DNA from: the human T2T-CHM13v2.0 reference genome, Homo sapiens
NCBI RefSeq assembly: GCF_009914755.1
Contig: NC_060932.1
Strand: one strand, 5' to 3'
Length of the DNA: 64,000 nucleotides
Shown: positions 30,900-43,885 of the stretch, in pieces
Position numbering within the stretch: position 1 is the first letter of the stretch
Layout of the letters: each line of letters begins with the position of its first letter
Program-made: the position numbers and the translations under genes
Notes under the pieces: model-generated
The model's database searches: none
What the model saw: only the letters and a program-made list of their open reading frames with translations
Told to the model about the DNA's origin: nothing

Positions 30900-31568
30900 A
30901 AGTTGATCTTCATTATTATGAGTTCCATATTAACAAACTTACCTACTGGCTAAAATGTATTTTTAACCCCAAAATTAATATACACAGTGTTTACATGGTT
31001 ATTCAAAGACATACATAGGGCATCAAAAAAATTGGGTCACCTGTAAAGCACATTCCCAACTGTGTTCAAACAAGGCAGTGCTCTACCCTCTTGCTTCAGC
31101 ATTCACACTAGAAACAAGTGTTTTTGGCAGTCTATTTAGTGCCATGGTTTTTTTGGCTGTTTTTATTTTCTCTGCATTTTTGTGCTTTTTGTTGGAGATT
31201 TCAAAGTTTAAAATGGTCCCAAAACATAGGGATGAAATGCTGTCTTGCTTTCCTAAACATAAAAAGGCTGTGATGTGCTTTATGGAGAAGGAAAGTAAGG
31301 TGTTAGATAAATTTTATTGAGGCATGAGTTATAATGTTGTTGACGAATAGTTCAAAGTTAGAGTCAACAATATATATTAAACAAAGTGTTTTTAAATAGA
31401 AATATGCATACAACAGGTTACATATTGACTGGTTGACAAAAATGTGACCAGAGGCTGTCAGAAACCTAACCCTGTATTTCCCCTAGGAGCAATGGTTTAT
31501 TGCTTCCTAACTCAGTGTTTGCAGTGACTTTACAGAACATAACTTCTATGAATAATGGGAATTGTCTG
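30900..31568 (+). mobile_element. MER82 (TcMar-Tigger) DNA transposon
   Basis: 'agttgatcttcattatt...cctactggctaaaat' through 'aacctaaccctgtatttcccctaggagcaatgg...gaataatgggaattgtctg' matches both ends. Confidence 0.85.
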
Positions 31569-32689
31569 GACTTTGGTGAGAGGTAGAAAGACAAGTTTGG
31601 TGAGCATGTCACAAACTTATATATGATGATACTTAGGAGCACCCAATTCTAGGCGAACATTTTTTTCTTATTGCAGTCAAAGTAAAGAAACTCAACCAAA
31701 AGTGACTCAAAGAAGAGAAAAAAAATGAAATAAGAATTTGTCTCTAGGGAAACCAAAGGAAGACAGAAATAGAAGCTGAAGCATCTAAATCTGTAAATAA
31801 CTTACTGGAAGCTCATCAAAAGTTTTCTACTTCAACAAGTTTCACTAGAAATCCCCAAAAGGGCATTATAATCCCATAGGATTCATTGTTTTCTTACCTT
31901 GCAAGATTTAAGATAGTAAAGCTAAAGCTAGAAATATTTCTGCATTATAATGAAAATTGTATTGAAGTCATTATTCTTTTTTTTTTTTCCTGATTTCACA
32001 AATAGCAATTCACCCTGTCTATTTATGTAGCTAAAACTCACTCAATGTCTAATTTCAAGTACAGGTTGTATACAACAGGTTCTTTACAAATATCTGTTGA
32101 TTTTATGAATCAGGGAAAACTTAATTTTACATAATCAGAATTCAGGGAAGAGGACAGATACACATGGCCACCATGAGTCTATTTTTTAAATTACAGTGCT
32201 ATTCGCCTCATGAAGCAGTTCATCCAGAGGGTTATTTCAAAGAAGTGATCTACTATGCCAAAAGAGAACCAGCCAAAGGGGTAATAACTAATCAAAATGT
32301 CTCTGATTGACCATAAATGAATTATAAATATTTAATGAGAAATCTCAAATGTTCAAAGCAAAATCACTTAAGTGCTGTTCTTGGATCCTCCTTAAACCAG
32401 GTTAAAAACAAAATCAAATGGATTAAGAAAAGTACAATGATCTACAGAAAGCATTGTTTTATTATTTAGTAATAGACTTCATTGTCTCAACATTTTCAAG
32501 CTTTTAAAACCACAAACAGCTTGATAAATAATTACATTTGATTTAAGTACATTATCTTTTATAAATTCACCTATGAAGAAATTAGCAGATTTTCGGTATA
32601 CCAATGATGACTTTCAAAGGAAGGAATGATGGGTCTTGGTGAGAAGTTAAGACTGGCATTAACCAGGACTAGAATGTATTTAATGTACT

Positions 32690-32994
32690 TTTTGTTTGTT
32701 TGTTTATTTATTGAGACAGAGTCTCACTCCATCACCCAGGCTACAGTGCACTGGTGCGTTCTCAGCTTACTACAACCTCTGCCTCCTGGGTTCAAGCGAT
32801 TCTTGTGCCTCAGCCTCCTGAGTAGCTGGGACCACAGGTACATGCCACGACACCCAGCTAATTTTTGTATTTTTAGTAGGGATGGTGTTTCACCATGTTG
32901 GCCAGGCTGATCTCAAACTCCTAGCCTCAAGTGATCTGTCCGCGTTGGCCTCCCAAAGTGCTTGGATTACAGGCATAAGGCACAGCACCCTACC
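32690..32994 (-). mobile_element. Alu (AluSz/Jb-like)
   Basis: Full antisense Alu; TSD ctagaatgtattta / ctagaatatattta. Confidence 0.92.
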
Positions 32995-33089
32995 CTAGAA
33001 TATATTTATAAACCAATAAGTAGTTAATTAGATAGTCTTTGTTGGTGGGATGAGAGGAATGCAATGTGTACTTATTACAGATCAGAAGA

Positions 33090-33268
33090 AGACTAACTCT
33101 GGCACTTGGACCAAACCCAGCCTATAGCTTTCAGTTGTCTTTAAAGCTTTATCAAAACATAATCATGCTTATTCATTTCTGTATTGCTGCAGAGACTGTA
33201 TAGCCCACAAACCCTAAATAAAATATTTATTATCTGAATCTTTACAGAAAAGTTTGCCAACTCCTGTT
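33090..33268. mobile_element. MER58A-like hAT-Charlie element
   Basis: 'gagactgtatagcccacaaaccctaa..atatttattatctg..tttacagaaaagtttgccaactcctg'. Confidence 0.7.
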
Positions 33269-34189
33269 CTGGGCTATTTCCTATCCAGAGTTAATAAGGT
33301 TCCATATATTCTGTTTTGTTTATCTTTTCTTTGCAGATGTTTTCAATATTTTCTAAATATTGAGTAAAACTCATAATGTGAAATATCAAATTTGATTTTC
33401 ATTGGCTAGCTTTCTTACGTTTTTACTAAATAGTTGTAAGATCACTGTACTGTTTTTGCTTTATGCATCCACCTCATAAACTGTATTGTTGTATTAAACC
33501 AAATATTTCTGATACTAGCCACAGAAAGTTAGGTTGAGAAAATAGAATACTGTATAATATAAATAACATGTAACATAATTAAATGATTTGAATCCCTTTG
33601 TTTTTCTGTTTTCACTTTCCTTCCCCTTAGATCTAAGAGCTGATATTGAAAAGTTAAAAATAATAGTGTAAATCCTTGTCTCTAACCTAAGCTTCTTACG
33701 TACTACGTAATCAGTTTTGCTAGAGCTTTAACTTATTATCTCTCATAAAATATATTATTTTTGTAAAATAATATTTTACTTTATTCAAATTGGCTTGAAA
33801 GTGTGTGTTGCTCTTATTTTTAGGGCATTATTTCCATAGAAATCTTAAAGAATTATTATACTAAATATCAGGTTTTAGTGCATTAAATTGTACTGCCCTT
33901 ATCTATCTGAAGAAATACAATATGCTTCTTAGAAACAAATCAAATTTTGGGGAAGTATAGGTTAAAATATTTAAAATAAATAGAGAAACGAAATAAAACT
34001 CCAATTTAATATTTAGCATTATATTTTGACAAATATAATGACACAAAAATAATATAATGTTTGTAACTAAAGCAAAGACTACACAGTATGTGTGTTGTTA
34101 TAGAGTTTGGCAAGGTCTAAACTAAGAGAGAACCCTATTTTATTGGAGATGGAAATTCAAGAACATTGAGCTATGCTGGACAAAAGAAA

Positions 34190-34477
<288 letters not shown>

Positions 34478-34875
34478 AAGAAACATTATTTGTATTTGAT
34501 TTTCTAATGCTGTCATGTTATAGTGAAATGAAGAGTTTGCAAAGGAGTGTCACATTTTCCCAATTTTTTTCTAATTGGATATCCAATGAAACTTTTCCTA
34601 TTGTCTCATAATTGCTGCTGAAGACCCCCAAACAACAATAGGTAATAAGCTCCACATTCTGAAGAGACGCTTCTAGGCACATCACCATGGAACTATTCAG
34701 ATTTTACCAGACCTTCTCCTTCCTTCACACCAACTACGCCTTCCAGCCTGAATAAGAAAGAAGGCTTAAATTCATCAGGGGAAAGAGCTCTTCTGAATGT
34801 TAAGTTACATGATTATCAAGAAACACGACGCCACTCTCTGCCACAAACAAATTTGGGCTCCAAAAGAATCATGCA

Positions 34876-35180
<305 letters not shown>

Positions 35181-35490
35181 TCATGCATAGAGATCTGGGA
35201 GCCTATTGAAACCAAGACTCAAAGAAAATTCCCCAGAATGGATGATTGCTGAACTGGAAAAAGTAGTGCCAGGATACTGGAGTAGACTTGGATGGTGGCG
35301 TTTTGGGAAGAGACTGACATCTGTCCCCTAGGAGTTTTAATGCATATGTGAATGTAGAGGCTAATAATGGATTATTTTCTATGGATATCTAAAAATTAGA
35401 ATCCAGCTGAAGCGGACAGAGACAGTGGAATGACAAAAGAGGGAATCACTGGGAGTGTCATGTATGTCCAATTTTTAGTTTGGTAAAAAT

Positions 35491-35681
35491 TAGAGTTGAC
35501 AGATAAAGTACAGGATGCACAGTTACATTTGAATTTTGGGTACAAAATGAATATTTTTTAACATAAGTATGTCCTAAATATTTCATGGAGCATATTTATC
35601 TTAAATATAATTCCTTGTTTATCTGAAATTCAAATTTAAGTGTATGGCCTTTATTTTTATTTACTTAATCTCTCATCCCTA
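35491..35681. mobile_element. MER53 palindromic MITE (hAT)
   Basis: 'gagttgacagataaagtacaggatgcacagttacatttgaattt...ataagtatgtcctaaatatttcatggagcatatttat...gaaattcaaatttaa'. Confidence 0.82.
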
Positions 35682-35699
35682 TTAAGACTACATGAATAA

Positions 35700-36100
35700 A
35701 CTAGTTAAGGTATGGCTAGCTGCCATGACAAACTCCAAAACATATGATGGGTTCAAGTATGATGGAAATCTAATTCTTGCTCATTAAAATTACAAAGGAG
35801 CAAACAACTCTACTTTAGCAGGATCTGGGTTTATTTTACATTGTGTTTCCAACATTTTCAAATGTGTGTTCCAAGGCCTTTGTGCCTCAAGGAGGTAGAT
35901 GTGAAAAGAATATGGAGGATTATATATGGCAGGTATTAGTGGGCCAAGCCTAGAAACAGCACTTACACTCACATTTCATTGGCTAGAATTCAAGACATAC
36001 GTCCATATTAAATTTAAGAAAAGCTGGGAAATACAGAATAGCTGTGTATCCAGAAAGAAAAGGAAACAGGTTTGTTGCATAGCTAGCCAATATCTAGCAC
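35700..36100. mobile_element. old MaLR LTR (MLT1J/K-like)
   Basis: 'acatttcattggctagaa..aaagctgggaaatacag..gctgtgtatccagaaagaa'. Confidence 0.55.
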
Positions 36101-37537
36101 TCTGAATTTCCATGTACCAGTGGAAACTCTGGAAATTAGCTTGACACAAGGTTACTTTAAAGGACCTTGTCCAAGAGGAATCCTCTCACTGTGAGGGGAT
36201 TCAGCAATGGTAGATTGTTGTGTATACCCCTTGGGGGAAATGCTGAAGGAGGGTTTCTAGTGATTAGAGTCTATTTCCTATATCAGTAAACTCTTCAGTC
36301 CAGGGATTCCAATAGACAGCCTCCACGGCTCACAAATACGTTCTAAAAGAAAGCCTTTGAACACTTGAAGCAGCACTAATAACCAAACTTTTACTCCTAT
36401 TTCTCTAACATCTTTTTCACCCATGGAGAAGACAGCAATGCAAGGAGAGAAGGTAGCAAGCGTGAAAGAACAGATTTTACCATCTACATTGCAGGTCAGG
36501 CCAAACTGGGGGCTAGGAAAAATGGGGAGACAGACTCTTTCAATTGAATGTGAGAATGAATTTATTTGAATTGGACTAATCAATGCATGCAAGTGGCCAG
36601 AAAACTGCCATGTCTACTGAACTGTACTCCAGGCTCAGAGAAAGAAAATCCAAAAGTGGGGCTGAAGATAATGGTTGATGAAATATTAATATCCTGTTTA
36701 TATTTCACTTAAATCATATTTCTCAATAACCTGGTTACATGTGAAACAGAAAAGTTACCAAGTAGGTTCTTCTAAATTCCGGATGTTTCAAGTCTCAAAT
36801 AATATCTATTAGTAATCAACAAGTGTTTCCTCGGAAGCAACCTTTTTTTTTTAATCGTATTGAATTTGAAACAGCCATGTGTCTTATATATAATTGAATT
36901 CCAGCCAGGAACAGCTAAAGTACAGAACCAGATGGAAGCTGTGCTTCAGGTTTTCTGGAAGAGATTGATCCCAGGAACCAAAAGCTCTAGTTTGAGACTT
37001 GATTGTGAGGAAGGGGAGGGACTGGAGAAGAAGAGAAAAAGGAAGGAAACTTGTGAAAACTGACAATCAACATTGCTGCAAATCAAAATTGCTAATGAAA
37101 GGCTATAGTTATTTTTCTGAGATCATTGGCTTACAGCATATAAATTTCCTCTGGGTTGTGCCTAAAATTCTTTAAATCTCATACTAGGGTTATTAAAACT
37201 TAACAGAGAATACTTACATTTATTAAAGTATCATAAATACTTTTCTGAAAACTGTTTTGATGTGGGTGAAAACATCATGATCCAAAGATAATATTTTTGT
37301 TGTTTTTCATTATCTCCCAAATTATTCCCAAGTTTTCCAAGTAGCTAGATTGGAAAAAATGCTGGAAAAAAAAAAAAAAAAACACCATCATCAGGCAAAA
37401 ATATCATCAGGATTCATCTGAAATTATCACTGATGTGGAAAGAGCTTGCATTTACTTGTGCATAAAATAGATGTTCAATAAATGTACTATATATTGATAT
37501 GATATACGCATTATCATTTCCATAAAAATTAATGTAG

Positions 37538-38887
37538 TGAGAGATGACAACTTGCTAGTAGCGCTCGCTTGCTCTCGGGGCCTCCTCGGCCTTGGCGTCC
37601 ACTCTGGCCATGCTTGAGGGGCCCTTCACCCTGCCGCTGCACTGTGGGAGCCCCTCTCTGGGCTGGCCGAGGCTGGAGCCGGCTCCCTCTGCTTGTGGGG
37701 AGGTGTGGAGGGAGAGGCACAGCCGGGAACCGGGGCTGTGCGCGGCACTCACGGGGCAGCACGAGTTCTGGGTGGGCACGGGCTTGGCCGGCCCCACACT
37801 GGGAGCGGCCCTGGGCAGTGAGGGGCTTAGCACCCAGACCATCAGCTGCGGAGGGTGCACCAGGTCCCCCAGCACTGTCAGCCCACCCATGCCACGCTGG
37901 AATTCTCACCATGCCTCAGCTGCCTCCCCGCTGGGCAGGGCTCGGGACCTGCAGCCCGCCATGCCCAAGCGCCCCCCTCTCCCAGGTGGCTCCCATGCAG
38001 CCCAAGCCTCTCCAACAGGCACCGCCCCCTGCTCCATGGCGTCTAGTCCCATCGATCACCCCAGGGCTGAGGAGGGCAGGCACGTGGCGTGGGACTGGCA
38101 GGCACCTCCGCCTGCTGCCCTGGCAGGGGACCCACTAGGCAAAGCCAGCTGGGCTCCTGAGTCAGGTGGGGTCTTGGAGAACTTTTATGTCTAGCTTAAG
38201 GTTTGTAAATGCACCAATCAGTGTTCTGTGTCTAGCTAATCTAGTAGCGACTTGGAGAACTTTTATGTCTAGCTAGAGGATTGTAAATGCACCAGTCAGC
38301 ACTCTGTGTCTAGCACAGAGATTGTAAATGCAACTATCAGCACCCTGTCAAAACAGACCAATCAGGTCTCTGTAAAATGGGCCAATCAGCTCTCTGTAAA
38401 ATGGACCAATCAGCAGGATGTGGGTGGGGCCAGATAAGGGAATAAAAGCAGGCTGCCGGACCCAGCAGCCGCAACCTGGTGGGGTGCCGTAGCACACTGT
38501 GGAAGATTTGTTCTTTCACTGTGTGCAGTAAATCTTGTTGCTGCTCACTCTTTGGGTCCCCACTGCTTTTATGAGCTGTAACACTCACCGTGAAGGTCTG
38601 AGGCTTCACTCCTGAGGCCAGTGAGACCACGAACCCACCAGGAGGAATGAACATCTCCAGATGCGCTGCCTTAAGAGCTGTAAGACTCACCACGAAGGTC
38701 TGTAGCTTCACTCCTGAAGCCAGCGAGACCACGAACCCACCAGAAGGAAGAAATTCCAAACACGTCCAAACGTCAGAAGGAACAAACTCCGGACACACCA
38801 TCTTTAAGATCTGTAACACTCACTGCAAGTGTCTGCGGCTTCATTCTTGAAGTCAGTGAGACCAAGAACTCACCAATTTCGGACACA
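37538..38887 (+). mobile_element. LTR12 (LTR12E-like) solo LTR of HERV9
   Basis: tgagagatgacaac...ggacaca termini; 4-bp TSD gtag (37534-37537, 38888-38891); GC-rich U3, CCAAT repeat block, U5 tandem repeats. Confidence 0.93.
38200..38470 (+). promoter_or_regulatory. LTR12 U3 promoter: repeated CCAAT (NF-Y) boxes, GC/GT box, GATA site and AATAAAA TATA-like box
   Basis: ccaatca at ~38214, 38358, 38382 and 38406; 'gggtggggccagataagggaataaaagcaggc' at ~38421-38452. Confidence 0.7.
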
Positions 38888-39334
38888 GTAGTATTGACAC
38901 TACAATTTTTGGAAAAGAAATAATATTGGAAAGAATGTAGATCAGCTTTTACTTACTATATTCTTAGTTCTATAACAATTCATTAAATAAAAAGGAAAAG
39001 GCATATTTCTCAAGTTTTTGTAACTTTCATAATGTCTCTTTAAAGATAATCTATTTTAACAGATTATCAATTGCTAAAGCACAAAGCACGTGCTCAAAGA
39101 CTATCAAATAGGAAAAGTCGTATTCTTTTCTTAAACATCAGAAGGTAGTATACACACAAAAAATGTACACACTTTGTCAACTGGTAGTTGAATTTGTAAA
39201 TTATATTGCCTTTATGAAACCAGAATGACTGTAAATAGACTTGACTTCTCATAGCTTCCTGCTTGTGACAGCACCGGGTTCATTCAAATCATTCAGCATT
39301 TGGTCGAATGTCAGCCAGAGGCAGTAATACAGTT

Positions 39335-39575
39335 ATAAGTATGTTTAAAAGCATGGATTTTAGAGACAAGGTGCCTGGCTTCAACTTGGCTCTCCCATCT
39401 ACTAATTACGTGATGCTTAACAAGTCATTTCAACTTGCTGTGCCTCATTTTCTCACCAGTGAGATGGGATAAATAATACTGACATTGTAGGACTGTTGTG
39501 CATATTCAGTAAGTTAACATATAAAAATATGGAAAAACATCCTAGGATATTGTAAATACTATATAATTGTTAGTA
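39335..39575 (+). mobile_element. MIR
   Basis: 'caagtcatttcaacttgctgtgcctcattttctcacc..tgggataaataat'. Confidence 0.75.
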
Positions 39576-39639
39576 TGTGTTATCTTTTGGGTTTAACATA
39601 TCTTTGTTTATTTTTCTTTACCTGCTTGTATAAGTTTTT

Positions 39640-41700
39640 TTTTTTTGCCCTTTTAACCATTTTAAGTGCTTAATTTGTAGCATTAATTATATTCAAAATG
39701 TTGTGAAGCCATTACCACTCTCTAATTCAAAACTTTTTCAGTATCCCAAACAGAAATTGTAAATATTAAATAATAACTCTCCAATCCTCACTTTTCCCAT
39801 CTTCTGGTAAACTTTAAATCTACTTTCTTTTTCTATGAACTTGCCTATTCTAAATATCTCATGTAATCATACATTTGTTCTCTTGTGTCTAACTTATTTT
39901 GCTTAACACAATGTTTTTATGTTTAACCCATGTTGCAGCATGCATTACAATTTTACTTCTTTTTAAGGGCTGAATAATTTTTTCTTCATTTATTCATTTA
40001 ATGATGAACATTTGGGTTGTATCCACTTTATGGCAATTATGAATAACATTGCAATAAACACTGGCATATAAATATCTGTTTGAGTTCCTGTTTTCAATCC
40101 TTTTGGGTATAAACCAAGGAGTAAAATGTCTGGGTCATATGGTAATTCCATATTTAGCTTTTCAAGGAGCAGCCAAATAGTTTCTCTATTTTAACTTTCT
40201 ATAATTTTACCTTCTCACCAGCAAAATATGAAAATTCCAGTTTCTCCCACATTATTGCCAACACTTTTTTTTTTTCATTTTATTATAGTCACCCTAGTAC
40301 ATGTGAAGTGGCATGTCATTGTAGCTTTACTTTGCATTTTACTAGTGACTAATGATGTTGTTATGATTTGAATGTGTGTGTCCCTCTAAAATTCATATGT
40401 TCAAACTTAAACCCCAAGGTGATGGTATTAACATTTTTAATGTTTTTTAATATCTTTGATAATGTAATTTAATACACAAAAGTTTTCCATTTTAATAGAT
40501 TCAATTTGCCTATTGTTTTCTTTTGTTGCTCCTGCTTTTGGTGTTGTATCTAATAATCCATTGCCAATTCCAAGGTCATGAAGATTTGTCCCTATGTATT
40601 ATTGTAACACATTATTGTTTTAATAATGCTTTATTGTTTTATTACTTATGCTTACATTTTTTATGTATTTTTTCTTAATTTTTGTGCATGGTATGAGGTA
40701 GTTTCACAACGAAATTATTTTGTATGTGGAAATCTCACTCTCCCTGCACCATTTGTTGAAAAAAATGTTCTTTTGCCATTGAGTGAGCTTTATATCTTTG
40801 TCAAAAATCTGCTACTTATATAAATATGCATTCATTTCAGGAGCCTTTTTTTTTTTTTTTTTTGAGACAGAGTCTCGCTCTGTCACCCAGGCTGGAGTGC
40901 AGTGGTCCGCGATCTCGGCTCACTGCAAGCTCCGCCTCCCGGGTTCACGCCATTCTCCTACCTCAGCCTCTCCGAGTAGCTGGGACTACAGGCGCCCGCC
41001 ACCACGCCTGGCTAATTTTTGTATTTTTAGTAGAGACGGGGTTTCACTGTGGTCTCGATCTCCTGACCTCATGATCCGCCCGCCTCGGCCTCCCGAAGTG
41101 CTGGGATTACAAGCGTGAGCCACCGTGCCCGGCCCATTTCAGGAGTCTTAATTCCTTTCCACTGATCTATATGTGTATCCATCTGCCTGAACCATACTGT
41201 TTTGATTATTACTGTGCTTTATGGTAAGTTTTGAAAGTGGGAAGTATGAGTCCTCCATCTTATTTCTTCTTTTTCAAGATTATTTTAGTTATTTGGGACC
41301 TTTTGCAATTTCATATACATTTGAGAATTGGCCTTTTTATTTCCTAAAAAAAAGTGGTTGGAATTTTATTAGAAATTTTATTTAATCTGTAGATTGCTCT
41401 GGATACTAACGACAGCTTAGCAATATAAAGTATTGCTATCAAAGAACAGAGAATATTTTTCCACTTATTTGTGTCCTTTCATTCCTTTCAGCAATATTTT
41501 ATAGCTTTCCACGTAGAGTCTTCTGTCTCCTTGGTTAAATTTATTCTCAGGTATTTAAATTTTTAGATGTTATTGTGAATGGGCTTGATTTTAAATTTCT
41601 TTCTTGAATCATTCATTGCCAATGAGTAGAAACACAACTAACTTTTGTTTGTTGATCTTCATCCTGCAACTTAGCTTTATCGTGGTTTATTATATTAAAG
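39640..41700 (-). mobile_element. L1MB-type 3' fragment with a ~70-bp MLT1A-like piece (40358-40430) and an Alu inside
   Basis: Antisense L1MB 3'UTR and ORF2 text. Confidence 0.75.
40846..41134 (-). mobile_element. AluYd-lineage element
   Basis: 12-bp left-monomer deletion (sense gagaccacagtgaaacccc) and extra A in ctactcggagaggc; TSD catttcaggagcctt / catttcaggagtctt. Confidence 0.85.
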
Positions 41701-41708
41701 ACTTCTCT

Positions 41709-42040
41709 GGCCGGACATGGTGGCTCACGCCTGTAATCCCCGCACTTTGGGAGGCCGAGGCGGGCAGATCATTTGAGATCAGGAGTTCAAGACCTACCTG
41801 GCCAACATAGTGAAACCCTGTCTCTACTAAAAATACAAAGAAAAATGAGCCGGCTGTGGTGGCGCATGACTATAATCCCAGCTACTCGGAAAGCTGAGGC
41901 AGGAGAATGGCTTGAACACAGGAAGTGGAGGTTGCTGTGAGCTGAGATCGTGAGACTGCACTCCAGCCTGGGTGACAGAGTGAGACTCTGTCTAAATAAA
42001 TAAATAAATAAGAAAATAAAATAAATAAAAATAAATAAAT
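41709..42040 (+). mobile_element. AluSx-like with (TAAA)n tail
   Basis: TSD taaagacttctct / taaagatttctct. Confidence 0.92.
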
Positions 42041-42564
42041 AAAGATTTCTCTCATTTTACCTCTGCAATCCCTTACTTCCCCACTATGACACATCTAAAA
42101 ACAAGGATTCTTAATCTGGATCTATATATAAAATTCAAGACAGTCTTAAAATAATATGACAAACAACACGTATATGCAATTTTCTAAAAAGATGATTAAT
42201 TGCTTTCACGGAAACATAAATGGCTATGAAAACCTCTTTCCCTACCCTCCAGAAAAATGTTTAGTTCCATTGTTTTAAAGAAAAAGTTATATAGTCATAA
42301 TTTTTAATTTACCTCATTAAACATATTGCAAATTAATGGGGAGATGTATAATTATGAGGAAATTTCAGAATATTAATCTTCACTGCAAAAAATGAAATAA
42401 ATAAACCTCTATATCTTTTCATTTCTCTTGATTTAGAAGGGAACGTAGCAAATTATACTCTGTACTAAGGCTGTCTTTACTACAAAAATATTATCTGATG
42501 GATAGTCATTTATTGAATGCACATATTTCCTTTCAGCACCGTGGTCTTTTGTGTAGATACAGAG

Positions 42565-42743
42565 CAGTAGTTCTTAAAGCGTGGCCCTTGAACGGCAAGA
42601 ACAGAAATAACCAGACACTGGTTAGAAATGCAAATTTTGTGGCCCCAGCCCAGACCTACTAAATCTGAAACTCTGGGAGTAAGCCAAGTAACCTGTGTTT
42701 TAACAAGGTGATTCCAGTGCAGACTAAAGTTTGAGACTCACTA
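42565..42743. mobile_element. MER5A hAT-Charlie element
   Basis: 'cagtagttcttaaag..ttagaaatgcaaatt..cccagacctactaaatctgaaactctggg..aaagtttgagactcact'. Confidence 0.85.
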
Positions 42744-42849
42744 GTAAATAGAAATAATAAGATGATCATGACCTCAGGTCAATGGATTCTCTACTTACCT
42801 GCTTTAATGTCCCAAAGCCAGCAACATATCAGATGAACTGATTATATTA

Positions 42850-43520
42850 ATATTTAGTATTCAACAAATGTTTATTGTGAACAAGCAACTATTACCTAAT
42901 TAAATCCTGAGTTAGATTCTAGAAAAAAAGGGAATGAAGACACCCAGGAAGGAAATGACCTGCATAAAAGCCTTTTTGAATTGGTGATAAGCTAAGAGCT
43001 ACAACAGAGTTACCCTCACGACATGCCATTAAAACTTGAAGACTATCACCTAGCTGCCTAGGAGTAATAGTCAGAGACAGTGGAAATTTCTCAGAGAAAG
43101 AAACTCTAAGCTGAGTGTAAAAGGATGAGTAGAAATTTCCCAAAAGGACAAGGGAGTGAAGGATATTTCTTGCAGGAAATATTGTACATAGAAAATGGTA
43201 TATCAAGCCTCATTTAAGGGTTTGGAAAAAAACAAGTTTTTTTTTTGTCCATTTCATAAAGGTATACTGCACACAGATGCCTACTGTGTGGTCAAAAATA
43301 AAATTGGAGAGATAATAAGACTCAGATCATGAAGGCCCTTGACTATCATGCTTAGGTGGGTGACATTGATCCAGTAGGCAATACACATTTATGTAAGCTT
43401 TTTATACCACAAAGTAAAGAAAAGATTATTTCATGATGGAATAATGCTGCTGCCAGTTGATTAAAAGGCTGGAAAATGAGTCAGAGGAGCAAGAAAGAAA
43501 TGTGTTAGATGTTCATTATA
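42850..43520. mobile_element. L2 fragments
   Basis: 'tattcaacaaatgtttattg' and 'cagatcatgaaggcccttg' L2 motifs. Confidence 0.55.
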
Positions 43521-43677
43521 TAGTTATTGCAATTACTTGCTAAGACATCTAAAGTGCAACAGGATGAACACACATCAATATGAACTTGTCCAAAGCACTA
43601 ACAGTAGTTTAAGACATCAATTCCCTGCTATCTACAACATGTCAGTGATGCCTTCATTGTCCCGTAAGGTGAAAACT

Positions 43678-43885
43678 CTTTTTTTATTATTATTATACTT
43701 TAAGTTCTGGGATACATGTGCAGAACATGCAGCTTTGTTACACAGGTATACACGTGCCATGGTGGTTTGCTGCACCCATCAACCCGTCATCTATATTAGG
43801 TATTTCTCCTAATGCTATCCCTCCCCTAGCCACCCACCCCCTGACAGGCCCCGGTGGGTGATGTTCCCCTCCCTGTGTCCATGTC
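43678..43885 (-). mobile_element. short L1PA (about L1PA7) 3' end
   Basis: 'tatactttaagttctgggatacatgtgcagaac...ccctgtgtccatgt'. Confidence 0.88.

Noticed and set aside
38170-38830. CRISPR-like spaced repeats (gcaccaatcag..., cttcactcctga...gagaccacgaacccacca)
   Set aside because: These are the known U3 and U5 tandem repeats of LTR12; spacers are not unique and the DNA is eukaryotic.
37529-38850. Overlapping 110-200 aa ORFs and CpG-island-like composition
   Set aside because: All lie within LTR12; GC-rich sequence has few stops, and the peptides are low-information with no recognisable domain.
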